Below are positions 11,292-23,500 of a DNA stretch of 32,846 nt, piece after piece. A program made the translations under genes and the position numbers. Below the pieces are notes generated by a model. The model had not been told where the DNA came from. It saw only the letters and a list, made by a program, of their open reading frames with translations, and ran no database searches. How positions within the stretch are numbered: position 1 is the first letter of the stretch; every line of letters begins with the position of its first letter. The stretch is from a bacterium (GTDB taxonomy: Bacteria; SZUA-182; DTGQ01; JAFGSM01), in NCBI GenBank assembly GCA_049472355.1, contig JBLIRP010000042.1, forward strand, positions 1 to 32,846, given 5' to 3'.

Positions 11292-11343
11292 TCTTGCAGG
11301 AAGTGGCATCGCAGGCCACTCCCTGCAAGATTTAATTATTTTA
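11292..11343 (+). terminator. Probable terminator after the 10380 gene
   Basis: TCTTGCAGGAAGTGGC...GCCACTCCCTGCAAGA stem followed by an AT/T-rich tail. Confidence 0.6.
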
Positions 11344-11856
11344 AAGATGACTGATTATAAGCTGTTGTCTCAGTTCTGCCCTTGAGCCATCTGTCGGTGA
11401 TCAAGAGATGCTTCCTTGTGACGATATTCCGGGTTTCAAAGACCTGCTGCCAAACCGAAGCAACTGACCGCACCATCGGTCACAATGGGTCCGGACTAAC
11501 TGATATTTTGCGCAGGACTGACGGCTCTCTGTCTTTTCCGCTCAGACCTTTTAGAAGAATCCGGAGAGCCTTTCCTAACCACTCCATTGATGTCGTTTCG
11601 TGGAAGAGGTTCCCTTTTTCGGGGGCCCCTTCCAACGTAATTCCACCCCTCTGCTAATGAGGAGCAGTATACTTCTCTTCTGTGACGATCAATCCGGGCA
11701 TCCCATGTAACAGTCAAAAAGGATACCTGAAGCATCGGTAACTGCGGCAGTCTTTGGTGCGTCTATTGAGTTTGGAGTAAAAACAATGCGCGGGCGATGC
11801 GATCACGCCGTCGCCATGTTCTATGAAATCCATGCCCGATAAAGGGGGGAACACCC

Positions 11857-12786
11857 ATGTTTGAATGGTGCCACACATCCATGAGCTTGGAAACAAAACG
11901 GGGCTTGCTGACCGCCCTTCTCCTGACTGCGCTGCTTCTCATGAGCGGGAAGGGATTGAGGCATGCGGGCTGCTACTACAGCGGTTTTCCAAACCTACAG
12001 TGGAATACGACATCCCTCGTGTCCGGCCTTACAACCTCAACACCCCTCTCTTTTCCCTTTTATAATACAGACTATGCCCAATCCTTCGGTTCATTCGGCG
12101 TCTACCCTGGATTTTCGGGACGATACGCAACCGGCGGCGTTCCCCATTACGGCGCCTTCTCCTATGGCGGCTCCTCACAGCCCTCATTTCCAAAGCTGAC
12201 TTTCAGCTATGGTATCCCCGGCAACATCAGCGCCGGCGGCAGCTTCGATTACATCGGCAGTATCGGCGGATTCGGCACTATCGGCAGTGTCGGCACCTTT
12301 GGCAGCCTCGCGTCCCTTTCGCGCCCCTTCTTCGGATACTCCCTCCCCTATTCCGGCCTCCTCCCCGGCGGATCCTACAAATCGCCCTTTGCCCCCTACA
12401 ATCCATTCAACAGGGCGGTGAGCTCGGACGATCCCCAGCCTCCATCGCAGAATTCACTGGATCCGCAGGCGGGAGACGAAGACATGGCCCGGGGAGCTGT
12501 CTATCTGAGGGATACGGAGATCTATATCCTGGAAAGCTACCCGATGCAGGTGAGGCTCGGATTGAAGGGGGACCTTCCTACCCCGTGCCACGAACTGCGC
12601 GCCAGGGTATCCGAACCGGACGGTCGGAACCGGATCATGGTCGAGGTTTATTCCCTTGTGGATCCCGGCCTGGCCTGCATTCAGGTGCTCGATCCCTTTG
12701 ACGTGAAGGTATCCCTGGGATCCTTCACGGAGGGTGCGTACACCGTCTGGGTAAACGGCGAGAAGGTGGAGGAGTTCAGCTTTTAG
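11857..12786 (+). CDS. Exported protein with about 150 aa of Gly/Ser/Phe/Tyr/Pro-rich low-complexity sequence and a small C-terminal beta domain with two Cys
   Basis: Hydrophobic signal LLTALLLTALLLM. C-terminal ILESYPMQV...PTPCHEL...ACIQV...GAYTVWVNG domain. The start could also be 11881. Confidence 0.8.
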   Translation: MFEWCHTSMSLETKRGLLTALLLTALLLMSGKGLRHAGCYYSGFPNLQWNTTSLVSGLTTSTPLSFPFYNTDYAQSFGSFGVYPGFSGRYATGGVPHYGAFSYGGSSQPSFPKLTFSYGIPGNISAGGSFDYIGSIGGFGTIGSVGTFGSLASLSRPFFGYSLPYSGLLPGGSYKSPFAPYNPFNRAVSSDDPQPPSQNSLDPQAGDEDMARGAVYLRDTEIYILESYPMQVRLGLKGDLPTPCHELRARVSEPDGRNRIMVEVYSLVDPGLACIQVLDPFDVKVSLGSFTEGAYTVWVNGEKVEEFSF

Positions 12787-13312
12787 CGGACCGGGCACCG
12801 TTGGGATCGTTGCCCTTTCCCGTAACTCCGGAGCAAAACCGAGCGCCATCGCCGGTCGCGTATCACCTCTTCACCCAGATCCGATTTGGCTTACACGGCT
12901 CATCATGGGCAATCTTCCATGATGCCTTGCGAAATATCTCACTATCCGTCAGAACATTCCCTGACGCTATTGGGTCGAGGAGGTGTTTCTTTGTTCAGCC
13001 AATCACTGCCACCCCTGGTAAAAAACACTACGGAAGTATCGTAATTTTTACTATGGTAAATAATCATTTATGGTGCTATTATTTTTATATACGAGAAATC
13101 CGGGGTGGGCATTCAGGTGATCCTATCGCAGTAAAAAGGGAAAATGCGTCTCGGTCAGCGGTTGCACAACTATCAGAGTACGTTCATAAACTGAATCACG
13201 GGGTACGTGTTTAAGGTTTCGATGTAAGCGCATATTGACCGATGTCGTCTCAAATATATATATATCACCTGCATAATTTCCATATATAAGAATAAAAATG
13301 AGGGAGGCAATC

Positions 13313-13771
13313 ATGAAACATAATAGGAATATTCTGATTATAATTGTGATTTGTCTTTTTTTCTCATCCTTCGCCTTCGCTAATCCACCAGTCTTTTTAT
13401 CAACAAGGCAAAGCCCGATACGGTTATTGACGATTAACGGGATTACATACACCTTCTATATGGGTCAATTTGAAAATAAACAGGGACCTGATCTATTTCA
13501 TAATCACATGCCATATCATGCACCAAGCAGAGACGTATTTTGGACGGGAAATTACTCGCAGAACAACAGCTCTTATGATTCACTCAACATAGCAGATGTA
13601 TATTGGCATGACAAAAGTGCCTATTCCTCTTGGAGTCAATATTCCTTTAATCCCTATTCACTCTCAACCGGAAATACAAATTATACTCTATTTGGTTCCA
13701 CAATCAACCAGTTTCAGAATAACAACTCCTCATTCGATTACGGATTTCTGTTTCCTTTGACCCCGCGATGA
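13313..13771 (+). CDS. Small exported Asn/Ser/Tyr/Phe-rich hypothetical protein (152 aa)
   Basis: GGAGG RBS before ATG 13313; signal peptide ending in AFA; low-complexity mature part. Confidence 0.7.
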   Translation: MKHNRNILIIIVICLFFSSFAFANPPVFLSTRQSPIRLLTINGITYTFYMGQFENKQGPDLFHNHMPYHAPSRDVFWTGNYSQNNSSYDSLNIADVYWHDKSAYSSWSQYSFNPYSLSTGNTNYTLFGSTINQFQNNNSSFDYGFLFPLTPR

Positions 13772-13806
13772 TATATTCAATCATCCGATTCCTTTTGATG
13801 CAGCGT

Positions 13807-13881
13807 CCTGCTACAAGCAGCGGGGTAAAATAATTTCTTTTGCCGCCTCAAGGAGCGGGAAATTACGCCCGCAAGGATTAA
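13807..13881. repeat. Degenerate IS200/IS605-like double-hairpin element between convergent genes
   Basis: CCTGCTACAAGCAGCGGGGTA and CCGCCTCAAGGAGCGGGAAATTA; a related copy lies at 26744-26775. Confidence 0.4.
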
Positions 13882-13888
13882 AAAAATA

Positions 13889-14257
13889 CTATATTAATTT
13901 TAAGTACAGAATAATGAGTCCTAAACCAAGAGATACTGCATTACACACACATGATAAAAGGATCGATCTTTTAATGCTTAGTTGTAATACGAAATAGATT
14001 ATGACTGCCTCCATGAGGAATACGAAAATCTCACCAAAGATCATATTTAAGTAATAATCTTTCAAGAAATTAGGGATCACAAACCATAAATAAGGCAACG
14101 TGGCGAAGGTACAAAAAATTCCGGTGAAAATGATGAGACCGGATGACAGCTCCTTCCCATTGATTCCCCAAAGGGCGCGAATCATAACAAATAATATCAT
14201 CGACTCCACAAGAATAGTGGAAATGAGAGCGAACAAAAATATGTGGTGATATACCAT
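13889..14257 (-). CDS. Small integral membrane protein (about 4 TM), function unknown
   Basis: Four hydrophobic segments containing polar residues (TILVE, ATLPYLWF, GE..VFLME, S..CNAVS). Confidence 0.75.
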   Translation of the reverse strand: MVYHHIFLFALISTILVESMILFVMIRALWGINGKELSSGLIIFTGIFCTFATLPYLWFVIPNFLKDYYLNMIFGEIFVFLMEAVIIYFVLQLSIKRSILLSCVCNAVSLGLGLIILYLKLI

Positions 14258-14289
14258 GGTTCGTCACCTGCCGCGACCAAAAACTGAAC

Positions 14290-14527
14290 CGGCGGGAAAG
14301 GTCTTTGTCCTCTTTGACAACTCCTCATCCATGAACGGGGAATGGTTCAATAAGCTGTTCCATGCAAAGCCGATCTGAGGCAAATTTCCAAGGATCTTGA
14401 CACCGGATTCAACGCCTACGTTAACATCAAGAAAGTGCTCCACCAGGTACACCATCTACGGGAGGTTGCGGACATCTTAGTCAGGACATCCTCGCCGCTG
14501 GGGAAGCAGCATAAATGTGCTCCTTAA
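14290..14527 (+). pseudogene. Decayed VWA-domain gene fragment
   Basis: The plus strand reads KVFVLFDNSSSMNGE (MIDAS DxSxS) with a stop at 14376, then a frameshifted GFNAYVNIKKVL...ADILVRT resembling the later VWA elements. Confidence 0.4.
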
Positions 14528-14579
14528 TGATATTTTGAATGCTCTCATTAGTTATCTTATAACGAACATAATGAAATTT

Positions 14580-17500
14580 CTATGGATATTTCGGGAATAG
14601 ATTCCTAGGATAATATGTCAATCCGTATCCATGATAAAAATTATTTAGCTGTGTTCCGTTGAAAAATCCATATCCTTTCGAATAAAAATAACTATTGTTG
14701 ATATAACTGTAGGGTGAAAACAACTGCGTGCTCAACGAAATCCTTCCAAACGAATTTGTTGACGGATATTGTCCGTATTGATTATTAGAGTAACCATACG
14801 ATGGGACAGATGATCGATTGCTTGCATTGAGATTTGACAGAGTCAAGTGACTATATGAAAAAAGGTTTGGTGCTTGATATGAATACTGCCCAGCAGGAGT
14901 CCAGAGAGGCGATTGATATTGATACAGAAATGTAATTTTTTGATAAGGGGGGATGCCTGTTATATAGGGGGTATAAGGTGGGAAAAAAGTATCCGTACCC
15001 GCACTTCCATTTTTCACCCGTATAACAACCGTATCAATTGCAAAATTCCCACCCTTATCCGTTACAATCAGTTCTACGGCATGCGTCCCCGCATTAAATT
15101 TATAATTAAGGGGATTCCCTTTCCCAAGCAAGGTACCTCCCTCATACCACTCATATACCAAATCATTACTGCAATTATCTGATGCCGTCGCTGTCAATGT
15201 AAGCAGACCAATCTCCTCCACCTCCATGTCATTACCTGCATAGACAGTGGGCGCCGTTTTGTCCGCGATTTCGACCCTTTGCTCTTGCACTGCCAGATTT
15301 CCAAAACCATCATCATAGACCCAGGTCACCTCGTAGGTGCCCTGATCCATATATATCAATGGATCATTCGTCATTGCCTCTACATGCCCGGCATAATCAT
15401 CGATCGCAGTTGGTGGATTCAGAACGACACTGCATTCCGCAACGATGTCCGGCAGTGGATCGATTTCCGGAACAGGGGGCTCAATGTCATCGATACATGT
15501 AAAACAACCTCCGGAAATTGTCCAACCTTCAAAATCATCCTCAAGATTCCTCAGATCAAAACCGGTGCCGATATCGAAACCTTCACACCCAATAACGAAA
15601 AACTCAAGGAATATGATGTTCTTGTGAGAGCCGGACTGAATGGAGTCATCTCCAAGCTCAAATCCGCCGATCCTGAGTGTACCTGCACCTTCCGGCTCTA
15701 TCACGTCAAAAAAGTCAAAATTCGCCATTCCCTTTCCAGGGAAAAACCCGGTATATTCCAGAATACTCGGATTATAGGTTATTTCAAAAGAAAAGGATTC
15801 AACCGAATTGGGTGCATTCTGCACCTTCACCGGGATGAGAATTTCATAGCCGATCATGCCATAGGCATCGATTATGTCCAGTGAACCGGAATCATCATGT
15901 ATACAATAGTCAGTGACCGTAAGTTCGTGATCCTCCGAAGGAGTACCGGGAACCGATATCCCATCTCTCTCAAAATGGAATCTATACGATAGATAACCAT
16001 CCCCCATGTAATCAATGGGGATTGAGAAGTAATAACTCATGCCATTTGCATAATTCTGATCATAGGGATCACATGGGAGCATATCGAACATCTCTTGTTG
16101 CGTATATGCGCCGTCATCATTCAGATCGATCCATACCTGTGCCGCATCCGGCGGATCATTCTCTTTTTGAAGATAGTCAACCCTGAATTCGAAATGCGTG
16201 CCCATCATTCCAATCTGGGGGGACACCCCGTTTTTGAAATCCGAATCCATGAACGTCAAAACCGTACTGGGATGGGAATACCTCACAAGCCCATCTATGG
16301 TACCAAACCATACATTGCCGCCTTCATCAATGACAATATCGCTGATCGCATTAAAACTCGTATCAACAGGTTCGGTATCGCTGTTCAGAAGCTGCCACGT
16401 GCCGGTGGCGAGATTGTGGTGTGTGGCGCCGCCTATCAGTGTTTCCGACTCCGGCCAGTGACCGATGTAAAGATCGTTTCCCCGGCGGCATACGGCGGTG
16501 ACCATATTACTGCCCATCTTCACCCCCCCTACCCCGTTCTTGTACTGGGTCCACGTATCCTGATCTGCATCGAAGTGGGAAAGGCCCATCGCCAGGGGTA
16601 CGGCATAATCGGAGCTGGTGCCCGGGTCCTGGCTGCCCACCCACACATCCCCCTCATCGTCGACATAGATGGTGCGCACGAGGTCGCCGCCGGGATAGGT
16701 GCCCTGGGATTTGCTGTATTCCACTATCTCTTCAGTGTCCGGGTCGAGCACCACGATCCCTTTATAGTCGAACACGACCATTTGATTGGCATCCAATCTG
16801 ACATCGGTGACCCCCGCCCAGATCCGACCATCCTGGTCAGCAGCCAGGGCCGATATCCAGTTTCCTCCCAGTTTTTCCCTGCTTGAGTACAGTGTCTTTA
16901 TACCGTTCTCGTACTTCGTGAGCACCGAATCGGAAATTTCCAGGGTATCGGGATCCTGTGTGGGATAGGTGGAAAACCACACTTGTCCCTCTCCACCGGC
17001 AATCAGGCTGCTCACAAAGCTGTTGGGGTCCACGATGTCCAGCACCGTTTCCCATTGAGACCCGTCATAGCGGGCGATCCCCTCCCACGTGCCAATCCAC
17101 ACCTCATCATCAGGGGTGATCGCTATTCTGACCACCGAGTTGCCGGGGATCCCCGATCCCTCCCTGAAGGTCCTCCATACGTCTCCATCATAGCTGGATA
17201 CCCCGCCGAAATTCTCCGGATCATCCTGGTCGGGATAGAACCCCGCCCACAGGACGTTATCCCCGTCCACCTCCAGGCAGGTGACATAATTTCCCGCAGG
17301 GCCATCACCAGGCCCCTCATCCATATGAAAAAACGTCCACCTTTCAGAGGGAGGGAACTCATTAATTCGGAAGGAATGATCCTCGGTGGGGTCGCCCTGC
17401 GCCTCCATCACCCCGTTGTGGAAATAAAATCGGTAGTTGATGGTCCCATCCCCGCGGTAGGTGAGGTTGACCGAAAGGGTATAGATCTTCCCGTCTGAGT

Positions 17501-20500
17501 AATCGACATCGTCCTCATCCTCTTCCTTCATGAGAAGTTTCTCCGTCGAGCCATATGCACCACTGTCATCGATGTCGATCCAGACACTCGTCACCTCGGG
17601 TTCGATATTTGCAGGATCGGTATACTTCACCTTGAACACGAAGAGCGATCCGCTGTCTCCCTGATTCGGCGCGACACCGTCGCTGGTGAAGCCCGTCCCT
17701 CCCGCCCAGTCAAGCTGTGGGGCCTCGGTTATTGTCAGGGTGAGGAAATTGATGCCGCTTGCGATGCCCGGGGCCTCAGCCCCATTCTCATCCTCGAAAT
17801 AGAACCGGTATGCAAGCACCCCGTCAGTGTCCTCGGGAAAACCGATCTCTTTGGAATACGTATATATCATACCGTTTTCCATCGTGGCGTTCGGGTCCTC
17901 CGACCCCATGTCGATTTTCTCACCCTCATCCTCGAAGTCGCCGTCGTCGTTAAGGTCGATCCATACCTGGGCCTTTGCAGGGGGATTCTCCAACCGATCC
18001 CGGTAATGGACCTTAAAGGTGAAGGTCTCCCCCGGTGAGGCGGATGCGGGGTGCACCCCCTTGTTGCCGTAATCATCCTCGTCCACCCAGTTCAGCGTGG
18101 TCTGAAATGACGTGGTATAGAGGTCATAGGAGCGGCTGTTCCGTATGTCCTCCCAGATGAAGGCGCAGCCTGAAGCGGAATCGCAGGTCATTGCAGGGCG
18201 GTCCTGGGACAGGGAAACCCCCACCGGTTGCATACCCTCATATTTTCCGCTGGAAACGGGAGAACCATCCAGGAGCCGTCCGTTCGAGTCCATCCGCACC
18301 ACCCTGACATTCCCGGTCCTTGGATAGGGAACGCTCAACCGATGCGCCAGCATATCCTCAGGTGCAAGCTCGTACGCGATATCAAGCCATGAAATCAGGT
18401 ACTGATTCCCCTGCGGGTCCCAGACGACCCTGGGCCGTACCTGATAACCGTCTGCGGTGCAGATGGGTATCTCCTTGAAGGGCAGGTCGAGGGCCTCGCC
18501 GTTGCTGTTGATCCTCATTCCGTAGATATCGTATCCGCGGTCGGTGTTTACAAAACGGTCATCCTGCCACACAACGAGAAAATCGTTACCGTCCGAGGCA
18601 ATGTCGGGAAGGATCTGGTTCCTGTTTGGATCGGCTCTGTAATCCTCATCGAACAGCTTGAACCCGACCCCTTCCGGATACAAATCCCCCCCGGGGGAGA
18701 TCCGTAAGCCGTAGATCCTGCTATAATGGTACCCGGAACTGGGGGATGCGCCGGCGACGTCCATCCACACCACCATATAGTATTCGCCGTTCCAGGCAAC
18801 CCTCGGCAGGAGCTGGTGCTCATCACCAAGTTCCCCTCCCGTTTCCGCCCAGTTGTTGATCTTCAGTTCAAATACCTCGCCGAAGGCGCCCCCGGGATGA
18901 TTCACAAAACGCGCATGGATGTCGGTCTTCGCTGACCTGGCTATCTTGGACTCATCCTCCCACGCCACCAGGTACTGTCCGTTATACCCCATGGCCATGG
19001 CGGGATTCAGTGCGTTCCGGTCGATACTCGGATCTGAAATGCAGCTTGCATCCGCAATGACAAATTCCCCCGCCTCATTGGCATTGCCGGTGTCGGTGAA
19101 GGGTGTCCCGTTTTCATCCAGGAATATTCCATATATGTCCAGTCCCTCGTATATGGCCTCGGGCTTGAAGTAGTTTCCGGCATCCTCCGAAGGGTCTATT
19201 GTGGCGCCGTTTCTCAGGTCCTCCCAGATCACCAGGGTTTTGCCTGTTGCCTTACTGTGGATGGCAGAGGGCTTGAAGGCGCCCATGTCTCCCGTATCGA
19301 GCTTTATCTGGCCCGGCTCGCCTGCAGCATCCATCACCCGCATATTCGCGTCGAGCAGCTCCATGTAGATATGGCTTCGCTTGATCAGTGCGTCATCGGC
19401 GTCAAGCTCCCAATCCCTGCTGTCCTGCCAGAATACCTGGTATCCGTCAAGGGTGACGGTGATAGAGGGAAAGAGCTGTTGATGGGTGTTCAGGCAGGCG
19501 GCGGTTTCACCAAGGGGATTGAAGCTCAGATAGCTCCCGGACAGGGGCTCGCCGGTTGACCGGTTTTTCCCGTCATCGAATTCGAACCGATAGGTCATGG
19601 TGGTCACCTCGTCCGATTCAAGGGTGAGCGTTGTGGTGAAGATCTCACCATTCTGATAGTCGGACCCGCTCGCATGCATGTCCCAGACCTCATTCGGATC
19701 GTAGTATCCATCCTCATTCCTGTCCACCCACAGCCTCTTGGTCGCCGGCGCATCGTTGTTTTCGTCCTGGTACAGGACGCGGAATTCAATGGAGGAGCTC
19801 TCTCCCCACCGGATTCCATCGGGTCTCGCACCGTCTGCGGTGAAGCCAACCTCCTCCGTCCAATCCAAGAAAGGCCGCTTACCAACGAGTTCCACCTCGA
19901 AGGTGTCACCCTCAGCCGGATCGCCGGTGGCCACGTTGTAGGGATCGGCAAAAAAGAAGCGGTAGGTGAGGGTTCCCTCCCCGTCATAGAGGATCTTCTT
20001 CTGGAGTGTGTATGCCCTGCCGAGCGTAAAGTCGCCCGAGCCCTCTGCGGTCATATCGAAACGCTCGTCACTCCCGAAGCGACCGCTGCCGTCCAGGTCG
20101 ATCCATACCTGGGCGACCTCGGGCCCTTCATCGATTTCCGGATCAGAGAAATACTTCACCTTGAAGGTGAAGATGCTTCCTCCGGCGGCCTGGTCCGGAT
20201 TGACCCCGTCTTCCTCGTAATCGTCGATCCCCACCCATTCCAGCCAGGGCGGGGGGGGAGGATCGTACATCCTTCCCTGCAATGTCCACACATCATCATC
20301 TCGTGCAGACCAGAGGCAAAAATAGCGGTCATCATCTCCCCCGGGGGTGGCAGCATCGGTCAGCCAGATAAACTGGTTTGCATCCTCGCTGAGGCGCGTG
20401 CCGCCGAATGATTCGGGGTCATCCTGAAGGAGATACCCCTCTGGCGAGATGCGGATCCCGTAGATGTGCTCGACCGGTTGCTCGGTGGTGGAATCCCGTT

Positions 20501-23500
20501 GATCAAGCCAGACAGCGAAAAATCCCCTTCCGTTGGTTGCAAGCTCGGGGTAGCGCTGCTTTTTGGAGGCGGAGCCGATATTGATGAGCCCCCCGGCAAA
20601 TTCCCCGTGCATATTGAGCATGATGCCCCAGACATCCGTATCGGTGCCCTCGTCGTCCGCCCATTGCTCCCAGACAACCAGAAATTGATTGTTGAGCCCT
20701 TCCACCGATGGGTTGTATTGATCCAGGCCGGAGATGGGGATCTGGGCAAGAAGGAGGGACAATTCAAGGGTGCCGCTGGGGTCCACCTGAATGAAACGCG
20801 CCAGGATGTCCAGACCGTATTCGGAGGGATCCTGCACGCTCCCGCTCCACGCAACGATCCAGGAAACACCATTGGGGTCCTCGAGAGAGGCGATATCGAA
20901 GCAGGGCCTGATCCCCTTTTTGTTGTATGCCATGTCCGTGCTGATCTCCACGGGATCCTGGTCGATGATCGCACCGTCCGCATCAAGCCTCTTCCCGTAC
21001 AGGGAGACCTTGCCCTTCTCGGCGTCATGCTCCGTCCAATCCTCCCACACCACCAGGTAGTGATCGCCGTGCCATTTCACCCTGGGGAAGTTCTGGCTCC
21101 CCGTGCCCGCTGCAATGGGAACCTCATCCACCAGGTCACCCTGTGCGCTGACAATTGCGCCGTAGATGTCCAGACCCTCGGTATTGTCCGGATCTTCATT
21201 CCTGCCGTCCGCCCATACCACGAGGTAGCGGTCGCCGTCGGAGCCGACATCCGGGTTTCTTTGATTTCCGGCAATGGAACCGACGGTCACAAGATCCCCC
21301 TGAACGGCGCCTTCCCGGTCAAGCAACTGGGCATGGACGTCCCTTTCCGTTCCCTTATGCTCCTGCCATACGCAGAGATATCCCTCACCATTCGAGGCGA
21401 TCCTCGTATTGAGTTTTCTATTGGTTCTTCGGTTTTGATCTTGTTGGAAAATAATTGGATCTCCCGGCAGTACTGATGTGAAAGAGTCGGATCTTGTCAC
21501 AAATTTGATTGAGAGTGGAGAGGGCATCGCATTGCCGATAGAATCCCTTGCAGTTTCTTCGATGCTGAATATATAAAGCATTCCCTGTGATAAGGGCTGA
21601 TTTGGATAAAAGTAAAGAACCTCGTTATATTGTGCAGCAGGCCACACGAAACTGCCGCCTGCACATGAATATCCCGGTCCTGCCCAATCGGGATCTATCT
21701 TCAGGCAGAAGGCACCCTGTACGCTGTTCGGATCCATAGCCCGATCAAAGCGGATGACAACCCGCTCCGCGATGCTGACCTCCTGCTGTCCCTGATGGGG
21801 ACTGGTGGACACGATCCACCCGGAGGAGGTCCTGAAGCTCACCTGATAGGTTTGGCTGAGTGGATTACCGGAAAGATCCTCGCCAGTGGCAGCCACCCTC
21901 ATGGAATAGAGCGTACTGGTAATCAGGGGGCTGCTCGGGGTGAATATGAGTCGTGTCCCCTCCCACGAGAAAGACCCTGCAACCGTGTTTGAAGATGCAT
22001 CCATTAGGGAAAAGACCGCCTGCACACCATCGGTATCCATCAACTCGGAAAATTGTACCCAAAATGGTCCGCAGACCGGTATATTGGTGTTCGAATCGGA
22101 GGGGTAGGAGCCGGTAACGGCAGGACTCCCGTTATCGCCGACGATCAGCAAGCCTTCGCTCGTCCCCGCCATGATGCCGCCGTTTTTGATCGGGAACACA
22201 GTAAACACCTCGTCACCCGCAAAGGCGTAACGGGCCCAGCTATCGGGCGAGCCTGTGGGCGCAGTGACATCATAGCTGCTGATGCCCGCCCCCTGATTCG
22301 GATCTGCTGAGGTCACCACCCAGAGCAGGTTCGGGTCGTCCTGGCTCTTCGTCACCTCGTAAATGGAATCATACAGGAGCCCCCCGGCGGTATCGGTGTA
22401 GTCATACGCCACAAAATCGCACACCCCCAGAAGCAGATTGTCAATGTTTATGGTGTAGAGCCCATCGTAGGCGGCGAGCCAGAGGCTGCCGTTTCCGTCC
22501 ACAGTCATGCCCCTCAGGAAGGGACGCACCTGCCCGATGAGCCTGACCTTGGGCAGGCCCCCGTTCGGGTTCCAGGCCCATATATTGGGGTCCCACACCT
22601 CCGGCCATTGATCAAGTCGCTCGGCGAATTTCAGTGCGTCGATCCCGGCGATGTAATTGCAGGGATCACTCGGGTCCCAGATCGGGTTTCCGCTCTCAAG
22701 CCAGATGGTGCCGGTGACCGGGTCCGCGGCAAGCATGTGCAGTGTCTGGGGGTCCGCCTTGGCTGACCACTTCCAGTCCCCCAGGTTGGCATCGTATTGC
22801 CCTACGCCGATCCCTCCGGTGGTGGCGATCCAGATCAGATCTCCAGTGCCTGTTGGATAAACGTCAATGGCATTGACCCTGAAGAATGCCTGGATGGCCT
22901 CCGGGGTCAGGCCTGCCCTGTCCACGATGTAGAACCGGCTGGGATCGCTGGCGGGTGAATAAAGCGACCAATCCTGTCCGTCGAACCGGGCCACCCCGCC
23001 TCCGATATTGTTGGGATCGGGCTCCGTCGCCACCCAGACGTTCCCCGTGCTGTCAAAGGCTACATCGGTGATGTAGTCGCTCGTCAGCCCGCAGTTTGGA
23101 TCGGAGGCCGTGTAGTGCGTCCACCCGATTCCATCGAAACGGTACAGCCCGAGCCCCGTCCAGATCCCGGTGCCGGAATCGATGGAGGCGAGCCCCGTCC
23201 AGAGGCTCCCATCCGCAGGGCTAATGCCCATAGCGGAGAACCCAATGTCGTTGGGATCGATCGTGATACCATTGGGATCGATGGCAACGGCAGGCCATGC
23301 CTGGTATGGATCAAGCGGGTATGCGGCGGGGAGCACGGTGGTAAAGGTCAGGACAAGGTCCTCTGCGAGGGGATTCCCAAAGAGGTCCGTCACATCGTTG
23401 ATCATGGTCAGGGTGTACTGGCTCCCCGGGACGAATCCACCGGATTTTGTTATGTAGAGGATGGTCCGGTTGTTTGCATCCAGAAAGCTCGTCTCGCCCT

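Noticed and set aside
11440..11640. Possible c-di-GMP-I riboswitch upstream of the 11857 gene
   Set aside because: Only scattered GCAAA and GTTGC fragments; the P2 GAAA tetraloop architecture could not be built. The hairpin at 11601-11634 alone is uninformative.
12801..13214. 137-aa ORF
   Set aside because: TTG start, no motif, and it runs through AT-rich promoter-like DNA.
14264..14455. 63-aa minus-strand ORF as a real gene
   Set aside because: No clear RBS or motif; the opposite strand is better explained as a VWA remnant.
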